From assembly GCF_009914755.1 (NCBI RefSeq), contig NC_060932.1: a DNA stretch of 64,000 nucleotides. One strand, written 5' to 3'. The notes under the pieces are model-generated. The model had not been told where the DNA came from, did no database searches, and saw only the letters and a list, made by a program, of their open reading frames with translations. This DNA comes from the human T2T-CHM13v2.0 reference genome, Homo sapiens. Positions 1 to 27,345 of the stretch are shown here, one piece after another (the first letter of the stretch is position 1; each line of letters starts with the position of its first letter). Made by a program: the position numbers and the translations under genes.

Positions 1-831
1 TGAATGCTGCTGTCTGATAGTTCCTCTGGAAGTTTTGTCTCAGAGGAGTACCCGGCCATGTGAGGTGTCGTTCTGCCCCTACTGGGGGGGGGGGTGCCTC
101 CCAGTTAGACTGCTCGGGGGTCAGGGGTCAGGGACCCACTTGAGGAGGCAGTCTGCCCATTCTCAGATCTCCAGCTGCGTGCCTGGAGAACCACTGCTCT
201 CTTCAAGGCTGTCAGACAGGGACATTTAAGTCTGCAGAGGTTACTGCTGTCTTTTTGTTTGTCTGTGCCCTGCCTCCAGAGGTGGAGCCTACAGAGGCAG
301 GCAGGCCTCCTTGAGCTGTGGTGTGCTCCACCCAGTTCGAGCTTCCCGGCTGCTTTGTTTACCTAAGCAAGCCTGGGCAATGGTGGGTGCCCCTCCCCCA
401 GCCTCGCTGCCGCCTTGCAGTTTGATCTCAGACTGCTGTGCTAGCAATCAGCGAGACTCCGTGGGCGTAGGACCCTCCAAGCCAGGTGCGGGATATAATC
501 TCCTGGTGTGCCATTTTTTAAGCCCGTCGGAAAAGTGTAGTATTCAGGTGGGAGAGACCCGATTTTCCAGGTGCCGTCTGTCACCCCTTTCTTTGACTAG
601 GAAAGGGAACTCCCTGACCCCTTGTGCTTCCTGAGTGAGGCAATGCCTCGCCCTGCTTCGGCTCATGCACAGTGCGCTGCACCCACTGTCCTGCACCCAC
701 TGTCTGGCACTCCCTAGTGAGATGAACCCGGTACCTTAGATGCAAATGCAGAAATCACCTGTCTTCTGCATTGCTCACGCTGGGAGCTGTAGACCGGAGC
801 TGTTCCTATTCGGCCATCTTGGCTGCCCTCC
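1..831 (-). mobile_element. L1PA (L1PA4 or early L1PA3-like) 5' UTR; element continues left of the window
   Basis: Reverse complement of the L1PA 5'UTR ending in the YY1 site (plus-strand cggccatcttgg at 811-822). Retains the start of the 129-bp segment (ttcctctggaagttttgtctcagagg) that later L1PA3 copies lost. A TTTT/AA endonuclease-type site follows at ~843-848. Confidence 0.95.
380..634 (+). CDS. L1 antisense ORF0 homolog, uninterrupted, 84 aa (MVGAPPPASLPPCSLISDCCASNQRDSVGVGPS...)
   Basis: Translation matches primate L1 ORF0. ATG in gcaATGg context, no internal stop, both ORF0-type splice donors present (cag|gtgcgg ~485, cag|gtgccg ~570). Expression unknown. Confidence 0.7.
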   Translation: MVGAPPPASLPPCSLISDCCASNQRDSVGVGPSKPGAGYNLLVCHFLSPSEKCSIQVGETRFSRCRLSPLSLTRKGNSLTPCAS

Positions 832-846
832 TTCAAAAATATTTTT

Positions 847-1358
<512 letters not shown>

Positions 1359-1359
1359 A

Positions 1360-8448
<7,089 letters not shown>

Positions 8449-8451
8449 ATA

Positions 8452-8472
8452 CAGATAGATAGATAGATAGAT

Positions 8473-8505
<33 letters not shown>

Positions 8506-8521
8506 GTAGATAGATAGATAG
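8452..8521 (+). repeat. (GATA)n tetranucleotide STR at the L1 3' end
   Basis: About 16 GATA units with a GAT and a GGTA interruption. Confidence 0.95.
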
Positions 8522-8599
8522 AAGCTTAAAATCTGTGAGATAAGCTAAAGCTTTTCTTAAAGGTAATGTACAGTATGAAATGCTTCTATTAGAAAAGTT

Positions 8600-9092
8600 G
8601 TATGGCATTCACACTTCAAAGATATATGTTTCCCAGTAGTCATGCCTTTATGTAATCCCCTCCAACACTGAATTAGAGTTGACTGTGTGACCAACAGATT
8701 ATAGCAGAAGTGAAAATGATTGACTTCCGAAGCTAGGTCATAAAAAAGCATGCAGCTTTCACTTTGGCCTCTTGAATTATTCACTCTTGGAAAAACAGCC
8801 ACATGGTGATGAAATCACTCAAATATTAGAAAGACATGCAGAGAAACTTGCCAGCCACGTGAGTGTAGCACACTGCAAGTGGACCTTCCTGTCCCACTCG
8901 AGCCTTCAGACAACTGCAGCCCACCAGATATCTCACTGCAACTCCAAAAGAAACTCCAACAGAAATTTAGAATGTCCTAGCTGAGTCCCTTCTAAATTCC
9001 TTATTCACAGAACCCATGAACATCATAAATGGTTCTTTTACTCCATTCAGTTTTGAAGATGATTTGTTATGCAGCATTCGTAACTGGAATAA
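8600..9092 (+). mobile_element. MLT1-family MaLR LTR
   Basis: MLT1-type motifs (gaagctaggtcataaaaaagcatgcagcttt; ttgttatgcagcattcgtaactggaata terminus). Confidence 0.7.
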
Positions 9093-9319
9093 GAAGTGGA
9101 TAAAATTATTGATCAAAGCTTTTGCATAAAAAACCTAAAAGAAGAAAGTCACCCACTTTTGGACAATAGTGGTTTGAGCAAGGTTCTTTTTGATTATCTA
9201 TTTTCTTAAGCTCTCTGCTAAGTGGTCTGCCTTTGTTGGTGTTATATCCAGCTTTTAGCCTCCACTAAAAGAGACTATTTTTAAAATAGACTAACCAAAA
9301 ATCTTATTTCTTTGAAAAT

Positions 9320-11100
9320 TTTTTTTCTAAATGAAGGCAAAACAAAGACATTTCCAGAGGAAAAAAACAAAGATTTTGTTACTGGTAAACCTATCACACA
9401 AGAAGTATTAATAGAAGTAATGTTAAATAGTAAATAGTGGAAGTTTTTCGTAAATAGTAATGGAAGTAATAGTAAACAGTAAAGGAAGCTTTTCAGCCTA
9501 AAAGCAAATGACCCCTGTGTAATTTGAAATCATATAGAAAAACAGAGCACTGGTAAAGGTAATTATGTAATTACCAAAAAGAGTATACTTGTACAGTTCT
9601 CCTCTTAAGTGATTTATAGACATACGTATCAACAGAGCAGAATAAAAAACCCAGAAATATATCCACACAAATATACCAACTGATTTTTTACAAAGATACA
9701 AAAGCAATTCAATGGAGGAAAGAAATTCAAATGGTGCTGAACCAAGTAGACATCCATAGGCCAAAAGATAAACCTTGACTTCAGCCCACACATAATATAA
9801 AAAAAAATGGATCATAAACATATGTAAACGTAAAACTACAAAGCTTTTAGAAAAAACTGTAGAAAATCTTCAGGATTTTATACTGGATACCAAAAGCATA
9901 ACCTGTTTTTTTAATAAAAAATTGGACCTCATCAAAATTTAATTTGCTCTGCAAAACATACCTATAAGAGGATAAAAAAGCAAGCTATAGAACGGAGTAA
10001 AACATTTGCAAACCACATATCTGGCAAAGAACTATTATTCTCTGCAATATATAAAGAATTCTCAAAACTCAACATTAAAAAAAATACTCCAATTAGAAAT
10101 AGGCAAAAGACACAAAGAGACATTTCACTGAAGAGAATATAGATGGCAAATATGTACATGAAAAGATGTTCAAAAACATTAGCTGTCAGAGAAATTAACA
10201 GCTAATGGAAATTAACAGTCACAATGGAAACTACACACCTATTAGAATGATTCATAAAAAGTAGTGATGACCCCAAATGCTGAATATGTGGAGAAGCTGG
10301 ATTGCTCACACATTGCTGGTAGAAATGTAAAATTGTACAGCCATTCTGGGAAATAATTTGGACATTACTTTAAAAATTAAACATGTAACAACCATACCAT
10401 TCAGTAATTGAAATCTTGTTCATTTATTTCAGAGAAATGGAAACTTATGTTCACATAGACACCTGTACACTTATGTTCACAGAAGCTTTATTCATAATAG
10501 CCAGAAACTGGAAAAACCCAGATGTTTTTTAATAAGTGAATGATTAACAAGCAATGATACAGCCATACCATATTTGGTAGGCAGAATAATGGCCCCACAA
10601 AGATGTCCATGCCCTGTCTCCACAAACTGTGAATATGTTACCTTACATGGCAAAAGTAACTTTGTAGATGTGATTAAGGCTATAGGCTAGTAAGCCATGA
10701 AAGCACGTTCAACATCACTATTTATGAGACAGTACCTCATACACATTAGAATGGCTAAAATTTAAAGTACAAAATATGGATAAGAAATGTAGAGCAACTG
10801 GAATAGTCGTTCCTCATTACTGGTAGTGTAAAAGTGTACAACCACTTTGGAAAGGATTTTGGTAGATCTTTTTTTAAAGATAAATATACCCCTATCTTAT
10901 GACCCGGCAATTCCACTTATAGATGTTTACCCAAAATAAATGAAGGCATGTGTTCACAAACAGACTTGAATAAGAATGTGCACAGCAGCCTTATCTAAAA
11001 CAGCCAACCCTGGAAACAATTCTAATGTCCAGCAACAAATAAATGAATGAATTATGGTATGTTTATTCAATTGAATACTACTATAAATAGTGAACTCCTA
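9320..11100 (+). mobile_element. Old L1M (L1MC/L1ME-type) fragments
   Basis: Degenerate L1 ORF1-end, ORF2 3' and 3'UTR sequence (aagacatttcactgaagagaatatagatggcaaat...). Confidence 0.7.
10574..10690 (+). mobile_element. MLT1D-like LTR 5' fragment
   Basis: tggtaggcagaataatggccccacaaagatgtccat...gaatatgttaccttacatggcaaaag matches the start of MLT1C/D. Confidence 0.7.
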
Positions 11101-12300
11101 GGATCACAGAACTGGTCTCTATGTTACTGTGGTGGGAGCTATGTGATTCTATGCATTTTTCAAAACTCATAGAACTGTACCTCACAAAGAATGAATTTTA
11201 CCATATGCAAATTTTTAAAACTCAATCACGATGGTGGGAAGAAACCAAGATAGAATGCAGAGTGTAACAAGTGAACCTAACTTTATTACAAATGAATGGC
11301 ATACACCAACCAGATGGGGTAGAGAGAAATGAGCTGACCTATCTTTCTTTAGAAGTGTTTTGACTATATATAATAAGGTTAGAGAGTAAAAATGTACACA
11401 AACACCATATTCTAGTTGGAAAATTCATTTTTCACAGAGGTTTGAGGTACCATTCTGAAATAATTTTCAGAATGTTTACTAGGGTTGAAAAATTTAGTAA
11501 ATAAATTGCAGAGAATGAGAGCCAAGTTTCTCAGTGTCAGAAAAAGAAGTTACAAATAATCAAAGGGGAGTTGTTAGAATGAACCCTGTGGTGCTGCTGG
11601 ATTCGAGTCAGGGATATCAGTGCGATCTCATGTTCATCCAAATGTGTGTATGTATGTACTAGAATCTGTATATCTATCTGTAGGTATATCTTTGTATATA
11701 CAAATAGACATATACAGAAATAAAAATAGGTTTATGTGTACACATGTGTTAGTAGACATACATACATTTCCTAGCTCTGTTGTCTGACAGAGCCTGGAGG
11801 TAGTGCCACTCCAGCAGCAAGACACACATTGGGTACCCAGATTTTGGTTTCAAAATACCATCCTCCCATATAAGAAACCAGGATTCCTTGGATTAATGGT
11901 CAATTCTGGGACTTGAACAGGAAAAATACAACTTGCACTACATGAGCCTAGAGCATAGTGTGGTGCCAGAGAGAAAATAAGTGATTTAAAAAATGAAAAG
12001 GTAAAGGCCACCTGAAAGAAATGCCAATGGTCAATGCAGAAACAATTTGAGCAACCAAATGAATAAAACTTTTGATGATAACCCAAAGAATGAAATATAA
12101 ATAGCCATGAGAGTTAATACTGATATAAATATTTGAAGAAATAGTTGGGGATGAAGGGACAACCCTTTATTATGGAAGAATTCTAATTAATAAATGAGGC
12201 AGAAATGAGAAAAATAGGAAATGATCATTAGAACACTGTAATAATCATTGCTAAAGGCAAAATTCACTGATGAATGCTAAAATTAATGGGCCAAGCTTTC
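11100..12300 (+). mobile_element. L1MC/L1MD-type 3'UTR, left part; split by the retrocopy and L1 insertion
   Basis: Ends gctaaaattaatgggccaagctttc and resumes at 19932 with caagagaaacagcttatctgcatagcctcaaattatctcccc, contiguous in the L1MC-type consensus. Confidence 0.7.
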
Positions 12301-12321
12301 TATCCCTTTTTGTTTTTTTTT

Positions 12322-18349
<6,028 letters not shown>

Positions 18350-19931
18350 TTTTTTGTTTTTTTTTTAAACATACAAAATGGTTTACTTGAATTCAGGAAT
18401 TGCCCCTATTACTAAGAACTGTTTTAAAGAAACAGTACAAAAAGAAAAATTCTAACCCAAACAACTCAAATGGTTTTCCACTAAATACTGATACAAACAT
18501 GTAACAAAGAATATAAAAAGTTATTCATTTAAATATATACAAACTGTTTTAAACTCAAATACTGTTTTAATACTTATCGAGGATATATAGGACGAGGTGA
18601 AGGAAGGTACGTTGAAAGAGAATATATTGCAACAGCCTAGACAGTACTGTTAACTCTATTATACGGCAAATTTTTGTAACAAAAATGTCTTTTTTATTCC
18701 AGTGTGGACAGGGATTTTCCTCATGGAGCATCTGTGGCTATTTCTCGGCTGAGCTCAACCTTTTGGATTTGATGAAGGCCATGCCGTGTGTCCGTATTTA
18801 AGGCAGCTTCAGTTTCAAAAGTTTTTGTGCACACTTTGCACTTTCTGTCTGACACGGTGCCATCAGGGGATTATCCTCATGGCTGGGTTTGTTCTCCTGT
18901 TGGTTATCTTCCCCAGCCCCATTTTGCTTGGACACTGGCTGAGGTTCCTTTAACTTGTGTACGATGAAGAGGTGCCTGGACAGAGAGACATGAGATGTGT
19001 AACAGAGGCCACACTCCCGGTGCTGGTATGAAGAACCATCCGATTTGTGCTGAGGGATGTGTTCGTGGAACTGCAGCAGGTTTTCGGTGGTGAAGCCACA
19101 CATGGCACACTTGTGAACCTTAAAAACATTGATTTTCAGCTTTTTCAGTGGTTGAGTGATTGCTCCTTGGGGAGGCCTGAACTCCAGAACTGGTTCTTCC
19201 AACTTCTGCTTGGGACTGGGGACCTTGGTTGTCTTCTTTTATTTCTGTTTCCTCCTCATGGGTGGCATCTGTCATTTCTTTCAGGTCAGGGTCCTTGATA
19301 CCATGCATCAGCTGAACGTGCTTCTCCAGCATCAATCGTTTGGTAAAGGTACGTCTGGAGTCTGGGCCTTGCCTGATGCCTTTGTGCTTGATCCGGTTGT
19401 GCCAGCACAGGCTGTGGGACAAACTAAAAGACTTGTCACACTGGCGGCAGGGGTGTTTCTTCATTTGCTTCCCGTGCTCATTCCTCATGTGGGATATGTA
19501 CACATCTCTCTGCATGAACAGGCGGTCACACTCCCAACACGTCCACCCAGGACTGGCCACTTTCTTATTTTCCATTGATTTTTTTTCACAGGAGATGGAG
19601 ATTTATTTTCCAATTTCTCTTTCCCATTCATGGATTTGGTGTCCCCTTTGTTCTGATTGGCTGAATTTTGAGTTGCAGGCTTAATGCTCAAAGGCAAGTT
19701 TATACCCAAGTTTGGAGGCCCTTCAATACTTTCCAATGTTCCATGCATAGACTTGATATGGTCCATCATAAGTTGCTTCTGTGCATATAAAAGAGAACAG
19801 TCTGGACACTTGAAAACAGACACCCTCTGGTTTTCAATGTGTTTGTCAAAGTGGTGATACAGCAAGGTTTGCAAGGTGAACACAGTGTCACACATAGATC
19901 ACTTACATATTATTTTTGGTTCTCCTGTCTT
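18350..19931 (-). pseudogene. ZNF532: 5'-truncated processed pseudogene of ZNF532 (C-terminal C2H2 zinc-finger region, proximal 3'UTR and poly(A))
   Basis: ORF fragments ([13 protein letters not shown]...; [20 protein letters not shown]; EEPVLEFRPP..VHKCAMCGFTTENLLQFHEHIPQHKSDGSSYQ) match my recollection of the ZNF532 C-terminus ending SSAEK* (stop 18738-18740). Intronless, frameshifted, AGTAAA signal at 18382-18387 about 15 nt before the A tail. Confidence 0.9.
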
Positions 19932-21400
19932 CAAGAGAAACAGCTTATCTGCATAGCCTCAAATTATCTCCCCAGAAATATTTATTAATTACTGTAGTAG
20001 TTTTAATGTATGTCTAAAAATTCTTTAATACTCCTCTCTTCAGAGGTGCAGAGGGGAAGCTTAATTTCCCTCACCTTGAGTGTGGACTAAACTTAATGAC
20101 GTGCTTCTAAAATAGAATATGAAAACAGAGAAAATAATAACTGGCTGGGCATGGTGGCTCACACCTGTAATCCCAGCACTTTGAGAAGCCATGGCAGGTG
20201 GATTACCTGAAGTCAGGAGTTCGAAACCAGCCTGGCCAACATGATGAAACCCTGTCTGTAGTGAAAATACAAAAATTTTCCAGGCATGGTGGTGCATGCC
20301 TGTAATCCCAGCTACCGGGGAGGCTGAGGCAGGAGAATCACTTGAACCCGGGAGGTAGAGGTTGTGGTGAGTAGCGATCACACCACTGTACTCCAGCCAG
20401 GGTGACAGAGTGAGACTATGTCTCAAAAAAAAAAAAAAACAAAACAAAACAAAACAAAAAAAATAACCGTACAGTGAAGAAACCTGACAGATGCCACCTA
20501 AACAACTGATAAAAATTAACATAATCCATAATAAAACACATTGACATTATGTGCCCTCAATGTCATGTCACATACCTCTCTGGTACTTTTCCCAAAAATC
20601 TGTAACTTCAGCCTAGTCATGAGAAATCATCATAAGAAGCCTAATGGAGTGGCATTTTACAAAAATACCTAATGGCTGCTCTTCGAAAGTGTCAAGATCA
20701 TGAAAGCTAAGGAAAGACTGAGAAACTGTCATAGACTGAAGGAAACTATGGAAACATGATAATTAAACACAATATAATATCCTGGCTTGAACCCTGACAC
20801 AGGTTTCAAAAAGCTCATTGGTGGAAAAAATAGAGATATGTGAATAAAGTCTATGGTTTTGCTAGTGATATTTTATAAACATTTAATTCTTAGTTTTGAT
20901 CACTGTATCAATTATGTAAGATGTTAACACAAGGGAAAGCTGGATATAGGTTATGTAAGAACTCTGTAATATTATGCCACTTTTCTATAGGTCTAAACAT
21001 TTCAAAATAAAAAGTTATAAATATAAATTACATAAACTTACCATTGATTAAAAGTAGGAGAAGGTAATAAACTACTGACATATGCAAAAACATGGATGGA
21101 TCTCAAAAACATTTCCAGAGACAAAAAGAGTGCATGCTGTATAATTCTATTTATATGTACTTCTAGAACAGGCAAAATCAATGGTGATAGAAATCTCATC
21201 AGTGAGTGTCCCTGGATAGGAAGGGACTGACTGAAAAGTCTGCGTTCATGGAAATATTCCATATCTTAATTGGAGTGGTGGTTACATGAGTGTTTACATT
21301 TGTAAAATCTCATGGAACTATACACTTTAAAAGTTGTATTTATTATATGTGAATTCTACCTCAATCAAGTTGCTTTTTAACAAATCATGGGGTGGAAAAA
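19932..21400 (+). mobile_element. L1MC/L1MD-type 3'UTR, right part, plus an L1ME 3' fragment
   Basis: Continuation of the split host (acagtgaagaaacctgacagatgccacc...) ending in aaaataaaaagtt; further L1M 3' sequence at 21040-21380. Confidence 0.65.
20143..20460 (+). mobile_element. Alu (AluS)
   Basis: Full dimer with (CAAAA)n tail; aaataac flanks as a TSD remnant. Confidence 0.95.
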
Positions 21401-22339
21401 TGAATAAAAAAGAAGTACTTATAAAATATATGAAGCATAAATTAAATAGCACTAACTTGGTCAAGAACAGGCTTGGTTTTGTTTAAAGCTTTGAAAATAA
21501 CCATAACCCCCAAATTGACCCTAACCTTCTGAAAACTGAAACTGGGAAATGTTCTAAATTTCCAGGAAACAAGGGTGAGAGCAGGCTGTTCCCACACCTC
21601 CAGCTACTTCTGGCCTCCATGTATATTTGAGATTAATTTACAACTATTAAAGCACACTAATAAATGATCAGAACTTATGGCACCATGCAAGGCTCGCTTT
21701 GAAGTTCAGCCAATTTCCTTCCTCTGCTTGGAAGCACTTGAGGCCAAAAAACTGCTGTGTTGTCCAAAGAGCTGGTTATGCTGACCTGAAATCAGACTGG
21801 GCACTGTATCCAAAGAGTTAATCCAAGCACACCCTGGTGTCGCCATCATCCACACCTCCATCCCCAAACAAAGATCTGCAGGGGGGCTGCCAAGTCCAGT
21901 AAGCCATTGACAGGGAAAATCTAGATGAGAGGAAAAAAAAATGGAGAGAAGATGTGGAAAAAGTTGACTTTGAAACCTCTTCCTTGGATCATTAGCAATG
22001 AAAGAGTAGGGAGATGGGGAAGAGATTAATCTGACTTGGAGAAAAGAGTCTGAATTTAGGTGTCAGAGAGGTCAGAAATCTAGAAAATGAACTCTCGGGA
22101 AACCTATTTAAACCCTCTGGGCTTCAATTTCCTCACCTGAAAAAAAAAATAATGAGCGCATTCATGACATAAGGCAAATCTTCCTTTGAGTGGCCCTCCC
22201 TTGAGTTCTGTTGAGTATGAAGCATTTAAGGAAAAGGCTGGGTTTTTCATGTCTCCCAATCCAGTGATTGGACTTAGATGGGTTTGATCGTCACATGTTT
22301 CTCTGATTGGCAACTTCCCTTTTTGTTTGTACTGTTCAG

Positions 22340-22497
22340 CCCACTGATTCTCAAAGGATGGACTCTGTACGCCACCCTGCATCATACCTCCTAGAAATTA
22401 ATTTTAAAAGACAAATTTTAGGAGCCCCACCACCGCCTCACCCGAGACTCCCAGAAGAATCTCTAGGGATGAGAACAGAGAAATGTGCTTTTTAAAA
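22340..22497. mobile_element. MER5-like hAT-Charlie DNA transposon fragment
   Basis: agaatctctagggatgag...aaatgtgctttt resembles the MER5 arm. Confidence 0.45.
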
Positions 22498-22586
22498 AGA
22501 TATTGTTTTTATTTTGGAATAATCACAAACACAGAAAAGCTGCAAACACAGTTCAAAGACTTTTTTTATAAAGCCTTTAGGATTCA

Positions 22587-22990
<404 letters not shown>

Positions 22991-23854
22991 AATCAGGAAG
23001 TTAAGACTGACATAGTCCTACCATTAATCTTCAGGTCTTTTTCAACTTTCACCAACTGTCTCATTCATATAAAAAGAAATCACATATTGCATTTAGTTAT
23101 CAAGTTTCTTGAGACTTTTTCAGTGTGAAACAGTTTGCTTTTTCTTGACTTTCATGACCTCAATTCTTTTGGAAGTTACAGGCAAGTTATCTTGTGGAAT
23201 ATTTTTTAATTTAGGTTTGTATAGTGATGTTTCTTCATGATTAGATTCAACCTATCCACCCTTGACAGAAGTATCACGAAAGCATTGCCGAACTTTTCAA
23301 TGCCTTTTATTAGGGGGCACATGATTTCAATTTGTCCCGCTACTGATGATGTTAATTGTATCACTTAATTGAGATGGTGTCACCTAGGCTTCTCCACTAT
23401 TAAGTTATTCTTTTTCCTTTCAAATTAATAAGTATTTTGAAGAAAAGAGGTTTAAGACTATGTAAATATCCCATTACACCCCAAATTTTCCATTTATTCA
23501 TATATTTATGTCTATATCAAATCTAGTTTTTTACTTTACTCATGTACACATTATCACCTATTTATACTAATGTATATATTACCACCTATTACTGTCATCC
23601 CCACTTCCCACTAAAAAGCCCTTCAAACTGGCTGTGGTGTTTCTTCGATGAGTCTCCATTATTGTTTGAGCATTCCTTTGCTTCCTGGAGAATGTTCTAG
23701 GTTCATGTTACATTTTCCCTGCTCTAGACCTGGAATCAGCCATTTCCTCAAGGATCCCTGGCTCATTTTAGTGGAAAACAATATTTAGAAGCCAAGATGT
23801 GGGTGCTAAGCATGTTTCCTGCTACTGGAATGTCTCAGTGGACAGAGATGGGGA

Positions 23855-23855
<1 letters not shown>

Positions 23856-23900
<45 letters not shown>
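23856..23900 (+). repeat. (TG)n microsatellite
   Basis: About 22 perfect TG units. Confidence 0.97.
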
Positions 23901-23903
<3 letters not shown>

Positions 23904-23937
23904 CATGTATACCTATACACATGCATTCCTATATTTA

Positions 23938-24268
<331 letters not shown>

Positions 24269-24273
24269 AAACT

Positions 24274-24609
<336 letters not shown>

Positions 24610-26653
24610 TCACAATATACTTCCAATTCCAATTCAATACCATCAAATTAATTCGAGTATTCTTTCTTTCCATGTTTGTAACTCCTTTCTCCAACAGGGA
24701 AATCTGGCTCTCTTATCTTTAATGTATTTACTTACATGAGCAATCCCACTTTCTGTGCCAAATCTCTCCTCTTCTACACCACCCCCTCCCCCGTATAGAA
24801 TGCCCCCCACCCACTCAGGCATCAACACTCAATTCAGGGTCATTTCCCCATGCAAACATCCTCCTCATCCCACTTGGTTTCTGACTTCCCATGCCAGGTG
24901 CCCTCATCCAAGCAGATGTTCTCCTCCCCCCGATTCTGCCCTAGATCACCCATCTGGGGATGCTCTCCCCATTCTGCCCCATGCATAGACATCTTCTTCA
25001 ACACAGTCAGGCCCAACACTCTGCCTCTCTTGCATGGATGCCCTCTTCACCTTGCCTAAGCTTTGGGGATCACACTTCGACAAAAGCTTCATTAAGATTT
25101 CAGTGCCCAGCTTGAGTTAAACTTTTTCACGTAAAATCAACTCAAACAGAGCTCCTGAGCTATGTGAATGTCAACTGTAAAATATTGTGATGAAGGCTGA
25201 TGAATCAGCTCTCATTTTCTGACCAATTCATGAAGATCTCTGCTTTCTTCTTCCATTAGAGAATCCTGGCCGCTCAGGAAAATAGGACATGAAATTTACA
25301 TTTCAATTTGCAATTCCATTAAAGTAATAACAGCAGCCAAGGGGCACTTTATTGCTACCTTTGCCACATTATCAGTGGCCTGAGACCAAGCTTCCAAGTG
25401 CATTTTTTGATATGATGCCTGTAGAAAAGATACAGAATTCTTAGTATTCTTTTGTTATGGGGTATGGAAATCAACTTTACATAGATCCTGTGTGTTCTTG
25501 GTTCATAAGTGGCAGTCCTGCATATGGAAATAAGAGTAGCGTCTGCCTGTCTCTCGCTCACGTAGCCACTCCTAGGTACCACGACAACCAGAGATATTGT
25601 CTAAAGATTTCACCAGACCTGTGATAAGCAGCAAAGAAGGCAAGAAGCAGGGGAGAGAGAGAGGCATAAAGCGAGATGACGGAAGCAGTAGAAACACGAT
25701 GACTGCAGATGAAACATGTAACCATCTGTTGGCCCACTCTGCAAGCAATTCTTCTCTCATCAGCAGCTTAGGCATTCCATTCCTAATTGCTCTTTCTCAA
25801 TAGCACACAGCATGTCCAAGCCTCTTCCAGCTCTAAAAATCTGTCCCTTTAACATATACAGTCCTTTCTTCATCACCCTTTATCTCTGACTCTCTTCACA
25901 GCCAAGCTACTTTTAAAAAGAGCATTTGATACTGACTGTTTTCACTTTCTCACCTCCTTTCACTTTGCTCAGTTTTGAGCCAGCTTCTTCCCTCGCCATT
26001 TCTGAAGTTGCCATTGCCAAAATCAGCTATGATCATTCTGTTGCTAATTCCAACAGACAAATATTTATCAATCTCTACATATTAGCCTTTTCAACATTAT
26101 TTGGCTCTGCATACCATTTCCTCCTTCTTTAGACTCTTGCTGCAATAGGTTTCTAGAGCATCACTCCCTCCTGGTTTTTCTTCTACCTCTATGGCTGCTC
26201 CTTTTTAGTTGCCTCCACTTTTATCTCCCATCCCCAGTCAAGGTGTTCACAAAAGTTCAATCCTCTGTCCCCTGGGTGATCACATGCACTCACTCTCCTG
26301 CCTTTATCACAGACAGTGAACCCAGATCTATATCTCCTTCCTGGAGCTCACTCCCAAAACCCAGTTCTCTAGATAAAACTGTCAATGTGCATCCCTGTTG
26401 CATCTCAGAGTGTTGGAGTGTTCATCTCAAACCCAACATGTCAGAAATTGAACTCTTTAGCTACAAACACAAAATCTATGCCTACTATATCACTTGCCTT
26501 TTTTCGGAGCACCATCAATGTAGAAACCAGGCCAGAAACCTAGAAGTCTTTCTGGACTCATCATTGTCCCTCACCTTTCACACCAAGTCCCACTGAGGCT
26601 GCCTCCTAAACATCATTTCACTCTCTCATGCATTTCTGCTGCCACTGACATAA

Positions 26654-27057
<404 letters not shown>

Positions 27058-27060
27058 CTC

Positions 27061-27345
27061 TTTTCTTTTTCTTTTTTTGGTCTGTCCCCCAGGCTGTAGT
27101 GAAGTGGCACAATCATGGATCACTGCAGCCTTGACCTCTTGAGTTCAAGTGATCCTCCCATCTCAGCCTCCTGAGTGGCTGGGACCACAGGCACACACCA
27201 CCGCATCCAGATTGTTCTTGTATTTTTTGTAGATATAGGGTCTCACCAAGTTGCCTAGGCCGGTTTTGAACCCCTGGGTTCAAGCTATTCACTTCCCTCA
27301 GCCTCCCAAATACTTGGGATTACAGACATGAGCCACCGTGCCTGA
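27061..27345 (-). mobile_element. Alu (AluJ)
   Basis: Reverse-complement J-type Alu (cactgcagccttgacctc). Confidence 0.9.

Noticed and set aside
18798-19895. Zinc-finger ORFs as a functional retrogene
   Set aside because: 5'-truncated, split over three frames, in-frame stop near 19900 and no evident promoter.
20061-20522. Alu-derived ORFs (also 886-1209, 26681-27134, 34186-34575, 42088-42427)
   Set aside because: Standard Alu reading-frame translations with no independent coding evidence.
25110-25225. Short palindrome (ttgagtt...aactcaa) and C/D-box-like gtgatga...ctga
   Set aside because: Box spacing of about 37 nt is too short for a snoRNA, there is no terminal stem, and the palindrome is within chance expectation.
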